In this document: one piece after another, positions 25,187 through 29,142 of the stretch | How positions within the stretch are numbered: the first letter of the stretch is position 1 | Layout of the letters: the number at the start of each line of letters is the position of its first letter | Position numbers and translations under genes: made by a program | The notes under the pieces: model-generated | The model's input: only the letters and a program-made list of their open reading frames with translations | The model's database searches: none | Told to the model about the DNA's origin: nothing | Assembly (NCBI GenBank): GCA_025350775.1 | Contig: JANXXF010000192.1 | Location: 1 to 29,142, forward strand | Direction of reading: 5' to 3' | Length of the DNA stretch: 29,142 nt | Origin: Actinomycetes bacterium | GTDB lineage: Bacteria > Actinomycetota > Thermoleophilia > Gaiellales > Gaiellaceae

Positions 25187-25908
25187 GGGTAGGCCCCGTG
25201 CGCGCGCAGCGTGGTGTGTGCGCGCAGCCGCAGGTCGCTCGCGAGGAGCGCAGCCGACGCCTCGTCGGGCGCCCAGGCGCGAATCGTGATGGTGGCGCGC
25301 TCGGCAACGCTGGTGAGCATCACCTCGGCACCGCGGTCGGCCGAGAGCGCCGAGCGCAGCGCTTCCACGAGCGCAGCGACGTCGGCCCCGTTCGGCACGT
25401 CGACCGTTGCCTCGGCCAGCCGCTCACGGCTCGTGATCGTGAAGTTGCGGATGACCTCCGACGCGAGCTTCTCATTGGGGATGACGAGGCGGTCACCCGT
25501 CACGGTGCGGATGAACGTGTACGTGAGCTGGATCTCCTCGACGACGCCCTCCGCACCGGCCACGAGCACGTGGTCGCCGAGCCGTAGTGGCTGGGTGATG
25601 GCGATGGCGATGCCGGCGGCGAAGTTCGCGAGCGTCGTGCGGGCCGCGAAGCCGGCGATCAGCCCGAGCACCGCCGAGGAGGCGAGCAGGCCGCCCGCCA
25701 GCGCACGCACCTGCGGGATCACGAGCAGGGCCGAGAAGACACCGATCGAGACGATCATCGCAATCAGGGTGCGGCGCAGCACGCGGTAACGCGTCTCGGC
25801 GCCGGGCGCGAGGTTGCGTGCCAGCAGGCGCGAGTCGATCAGCTTCGCGAGCGCGACGGCAACGAGGATCACCCCGCCGATGATCAGTAGTCGCTGCCAG
25901 AGCTCCAC
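25183..25908 (-). CDS. mscS: MscS-family mechanosensitive channel
   Basis: Three TMs, GFAARTTLANFAAG, QPLRLGD, GVVEEI.L.YT and IPNE..I.NFT motifs. Confidence 0.9.
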   Translation of the reverse strand: MELWQRLLIIGGVILVAVALAKLIDSRLLARNLAPGAETRYRVLRRTLIAMIVSIGVFSALLVIPQVRALAGGLLASSAVLGLIAGFAARTTLANFAAGIAIAITQPLRLGDHVLVAGAEGVVEEIQLTYTFIRTVTGDRLVIPNEKLASEVIRNFTITSRERLAEATVDVPNGADVAALVEALRSALSADRGAEVMLTSVAERATITIRAWAPDEASAALLASDLRLRAHTTLRAHGAYP

Positions 25909-25953
25909 AGGAACATGATTCGCCGCGAGGGCGGACGTTCCTCAGAGCTCGGA

Positions 25954-26790
25954 TCAGGCGAGCGGCAGCCAGCGCGGTTCGCCGGCCACCGTCGCCACGC
26001 GGCCGAGCGCCGGCTCCGGGAAGTGGCAAGCACCGACAATGACATCGAGATCGAGCACCCGGGCGAGCAGCGCGGAGCGCGTCGCACTGGCCGCGGCAGG
26101 GTCGCTGTCGGCCGAGTTGCGCCACTCGGGCTGGGCGAGTTGCACGGGATGGAAGAAGGCGTCTGCCAGCAGGAGCGCCTGGGCGCCGCACGAGCGGACG
26201 ACCAGGGCGGTGTGCCCGGGCGTGTGGCCCGGAGCGGGCACCGCGACGACCCCCTCGACGAGCTCATGCTCGGCGCCGGCCGGCAGCAGATGCAGCTCCC
26301 GAGCTGCCAGCGGCGCGACCTGCCCGGCGATCCAGGGGAAGTCGGCGGCACGGGTCGGGTCGGTGAAGTGGCGCCAGTCGGCCGCGGCGACGGCGTAGCG
26401 GGCGTGCTCGAACACCGCCTCGCCGTCGGCCGCGAAGGTCTGCCCGACGTGATCGGGATGGAGGTGGCTGAAGACGACGACGTCGACGTCCGCGGCCATG
26501 ATCCCGTGGCTGGCGAGAGCGCCCAGCAGCAGGCCTCCGGGCGGAAACGGCCCTGTCTCCGAGCCGAAGCCGGTGTCGACGAGCACGGTCGCGCTGGGCG
26601 TGCGCAGCGCGAACGCGCCGTAGCGGGCAGGCGGGTGCGTCTCGCTCGCGAATGCAGCCGGGTAGACGGCCCGCCACGGAGCGATCTCGGCGAGCGGTAC
26701 GTCGGGGAACACGCCGTCGAAGCCGAACGGGAAGACCCCGCCGCCATCGGACAGGGAGATGAGCTCGATATCACCGATGCGCACGATCAT
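25954..26790 (-). CDS. MBL-fold metallo-hydrolase (lactonase/organophosphate-hydrolase-like)
   Basis: LVDTG, SHLHPDHVG, PGHTPGH, AD..H and CHFP motifs. Start reassigned to ATG 26790. Confidence 0.92.
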   Translation of the reverse strand: MIVRIGDIELISLSDGGGVFPFGFDGVFPDVPLAEIAPWRAVYPAAFASETHPPARYGAFALRTPSATVLVDTGFGSETGPFPPGGLLLGALASHGIMAADVDVVVFSHLHPDHVGQTFAADGEAVFEHARYAVAAADWRHFTDPTRAADFPWIAGQVAPLAARELHLLPAGAEHELVEGVVAVPAPGHTPGHTALVVRSCGAQALLLADAFFHPVQLAQPEWRNSADSDPAAASATRSALLARVLDLDVIVGACHFPEPALGRVATVAGEPRWLPLA

Positions 26791-26865
26791 GCCGATATGA
26801 TCCGCCACGCCGTGGACCCCGGTCAACGACTCTCGGTGCGTCGCCCCGGTGAGGCCGCGCGAGCG

Positions 26866-28080
26866 GTGCGCGGCGCGATCGCACCAGTGCGCCGCGCGGT
26901 CGCTCCCGTCCTCGAGCTCTTCCTCTGGAGCCGGCTGGCCATCTGGGCGACGGTCGTCTTCGCCTATCTCTGGTTCGAGCCGCGGGTGCATCCCAACGTC
27001 GCCGCCTGGGACGACCCGGCCGTGACGCGCGACCTCGGCTATGTCTCCGACGTCTGGGCCCGCTGGGACAGCGTCTGGCTCTTGCGCATCGCCGAGCACG
27101 GCTACCACTCGGCCACCGACGGCGCCGCCGCCTTCTTCCCGCTCTACCCGGCCTCCGTCGGGCTGCTCGGCCGTGTCTTCGGCGGCCACTACCTGGTGGC
27201 CGGCATCGTTGTCTCGCTCGCCTGCTCGCTCGCCGCCTTCGCGCTGCTGCACCGGCTCGCGCTGCTGAAGCTCGGCGAGAGCGACGCCCGGCGCACCGTG
27301 CTCTACCTCGCCGTCTTCCCGATGACCCTCTTCCTGCAGGCGGTCTACAGCGAGTCGCTCTTCCTGCTGCTGTGCGTGGCGGCGTTCCTGCTGGCAGAGC
27401 GGCGGCGCTGGCTGCTGGTCGGCGTCGTGGTCGGGCTCGCGCTGCTCACCCGGCTGTGGGGTGTCGCGCTGCTGCCGTCGGTCGCGCTGCTGGCCTGGCG
27501 CGCCCCGGCCCGCTGGCGGGCGCTCGCCGGACTGCTGCCCGCGCCGCTCATCTTCGCCGCATACCCGCTGTGGCTCGGGGCCAAGACCGGTGACGGCCTG
27601 GCGTTCGCGCACGCGCAGGAGCTCTGGCACCGGCAGGTCTCGCCTGCCGGGCCGTTCGGTGGGCTCTGGAACGGGCTCCGCGCAGGCTGGGCCGGGGTGC
27701 AGCAGCTCACGACGGGGTCACGCACCCACGCGTACTGGAGCGGAGCACCCGATGCCGACCCGTTCCACGCGGCGGCTGTCAATCTCGAGTGTCTCGTCTT
27801 CCTCGGTCTCTTCCTCGCCCTCACTGTCGTGGCGTGGCGGCGCCTCGGAGCCGCCTACGGCCTGTTCGCGCTCGTGAGCCTCGCCATCCCGCTCTCGGTG
27901 CCGTCCAGCAGATGGCCCTTGCTGTCGCTGCCGCGCTTCGGGCTGGTCATCTTCCCGCTCTTCCTCGCGCTCGCCGTCGTCGGCCGGCGGCCGCGCGCGC
28001 ACACCGCGATCGTGACGGTCAGTGCGCTCCTCCTGGGGGTCGTCTCCGTACAGTGGGCGCTGTGGCAATGGGTCGCCTGA
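26866..28080 (+). CDS. PIG-V-like (GT-C) membrane mannosyltransferase
   Basis: ARWDSVWLLRIAEHGY, AAFFPLYP, YSESLF, TR and SLPRF motifs. Start uncertain among in-frame GTGs at 26836, 26866 and 26887. Confidence 0.85.
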   Translation: MRGAIAPVRRAVAPVLELFLWSRLAIWATVVFAYLWFEPRVHPNVAAWDDPAVTRDLGYVSDVWARWDSVWLLRIAEHGYHSATDGAAAFFPLYPASVGLLGRVFGGHYLVAGIVVSLACSLAAFALLHRLALLKLGESDARRTVLYLAVFPMTLFLQAVYSESLFLLLCVAAFLLAERRRWLLVGVVVGLALLTRLWGVALLPSVALLAWRAPARWRALAGLLPAPLIFAAYPLWLGAKTGDGLAFAHAQELWHRQVSPAGPFGGLWNGLRAGWAGVQQLTTGSRTHAYWSGAPDADPFHAAAVNLECLVFLGLFLALTVVAWRRLGAAYGLFALVSLAIPLSVPSSRWPLLSLPRFGLVIFPLFLALAVVGRRPRAHTAIVTVSALLLGVVSVQWALWQWVA

Positions 28081-28940
28081 CGACAGCGGTCGCCGCGCTC
28101 GCCTGCGCGGGTGCCTTCGCGATGCTCGCGAGCGGGTGCGGAGAGCGGCGTGAGCCGACCGGGGCAACCGTGCCAATCGCCTACCCGGTGACCGTCCAGG
28201 GAGCGAACGAGGTGCCGCTCGAGATCGCGCGTGCACCGCAGCGAGTGCTGCCGGTGTCGGCTACGGCGGCGGCCCTTGTCGATGCCCTCGGCCTGCGCGC
28301 CCTCGTGCCCGGCGCCCCTGCCAGCGGCCGGCTGCGCGCTTTCCCGATGGGAGCGATCAGGGCGACGGCGGCAGACCTCGTCGTCGGCTCGCAGTCGAAC
28401 GACTTCAACGCCCTCCAGGCAGCGGCGGTCACTGCGAACGTGCCGCTGCTCATCCTCGCCGACAGCTCCATTCGCGATCTCGAGCACTCGATCCTCGAGC
28501 TCGGCCTCGCGATCGGAGCGCCACTGCAGGCGCGCACGCTGGTCGCAGCGCTGAACGCGAAACGTGCAGAGGTAAAGGCACGGCTGAAGGGCCTTGCGCC
28601 GGTCACCGTCTTCGTCGACACCGGCTACTTCATCCCGGTCGTCGGCAGCGGGTTCGCCGGCGAGGTGCTGCGCGAGGCCGGGGGCGAGAATATCGCCGCC
28701 GCTGCCGAAGCGTCGCCCTTCCCGATCAAAGACCTGCTCACCGCCGACCCGACGATCTACCTGGCGACGGCGGCCAGTGGCACGACGCTCGCAGATCTCC
28801 GCAAGACCCGCCGCGTGCGTAACCTGGCCGCGATCAGAGAGGGCCGGTTCGCCACCATTCCCCTGGCCCTGCTGCAGCCCGGCCCCGACTTCGGCAAAGC
28901 GATCGACCAGCTCTCCCTGATCCTGCACCCTGCACCCTGA
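28068..28940 (+). CDS. Helical-backbone (BtuF/siderophore-type) ABC substrate-binding lipoprotein
   Basis: Lipobox LASGC, YPVTV, PQRV, ADLVV, AGGENI and AIREGR..PGP motifs. ATG 28068 overlaps the upstream gene end. Confidence 0.8.
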   Translation: MGRLTTAVAALACAGAFAMLASGCGERREPTGATVPIAYPVTVQGANEVPLEIARAPQRVLPVSATAAALVDALGLRALVPGAPASGRLRAFPMGAIRATAADLVVGSQSNDFNALQAAAVTANVPLLILADSSIRDLEHSILELGLAIGAPLQARTLVAALNAKRAEVKARLKGLAPVTVFVDTGYFIPVVGSGFAGEVLREAGGENIAAAAEASPFPIKDLLTADPTIYLATAASGTTLADLRKTRRVRNLAAIREGRFATIPLALLQPGPDFGKAIDQLSLILHPAP

Positions 28941-29142
28941 TGCGCTACGCCGACATCGACGCCGTCACCGTCGACGGCTACGGGACCCTGCTGACCCTGC
29001 GCGACCCGCTGCCGGCCCTCCGGGCCGCCCTGGCGGCGCACGGCGTCGAGCGCAGCTGTCACGAGGTGCAGGCCGGCTTCGCCGCCGAGGTCGCGCACTA
29101 CAAGCCGCGCTCGTTGCGTGGCTCCGACGCGGCGGGCCTCGC
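28940..29142 (+). CDS. HAD-family hydrolase, 5' partial
   Basis: MRYADIDAVTVDGYGTLL (HAD motif I); ATG overlaps the previous TGA; open to the window end. Confidence 0.8.
   Translation, partial: MRYADIDAVTVDGYGTLLTLRDPLPALRAALAAHGVERSCHEVQAGFAAEVAHYKPRSLRGSDAAGL

Overview
Very GC-rich bacterial chromosomal segment. Gene content and the many -10 hexamers placed directly before start codons suggest a deep-branching Actinomycetota lineage such as Thermoleophilia/Gaiellales (inference). Left to right: a small Tse2-like ADP-ribosyltransferase-fold ORF with an apparently interrupted N-terminus; arginase; a DEAD-box helicase with a structured leader; tRNA-Phe(GAA). Next is a tightly coupled minus-strand run of about 8.5 kb: moaC, mogA/moaB, mqnP, ccmA, ccmB, ccmC, ccmD-like, ccsA/hemX-like, hemA, hemC, hemD and a DUF62 SAM hydrolase. 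Upstream of it are an OmpR-family regulator, a sensor kinase and HtrA. Then come a membrane-anchored M28-fold protein lacking catalytic residues, moeA, and a cell-envelope block (GT2, GT4, DUF2079, MptA/B-like, class A PBP, MscS, MBL hydrolase, PIG-V-like mannosyltransferase, BtuF-like lipoprotein, partial HAD hydrolase). No mobile element, CRISPR array or rRNA was seen. Most genes are housekeeping. The best leads are the ART-like ORF, the RBS-sequestering helicase leader, the Moco/menaquinone/heme/Ccm super-operon with a palindromic site at its head, the M28 pseudo-peptidase, and the cluster of three GT-C-type glycosyltransferases.
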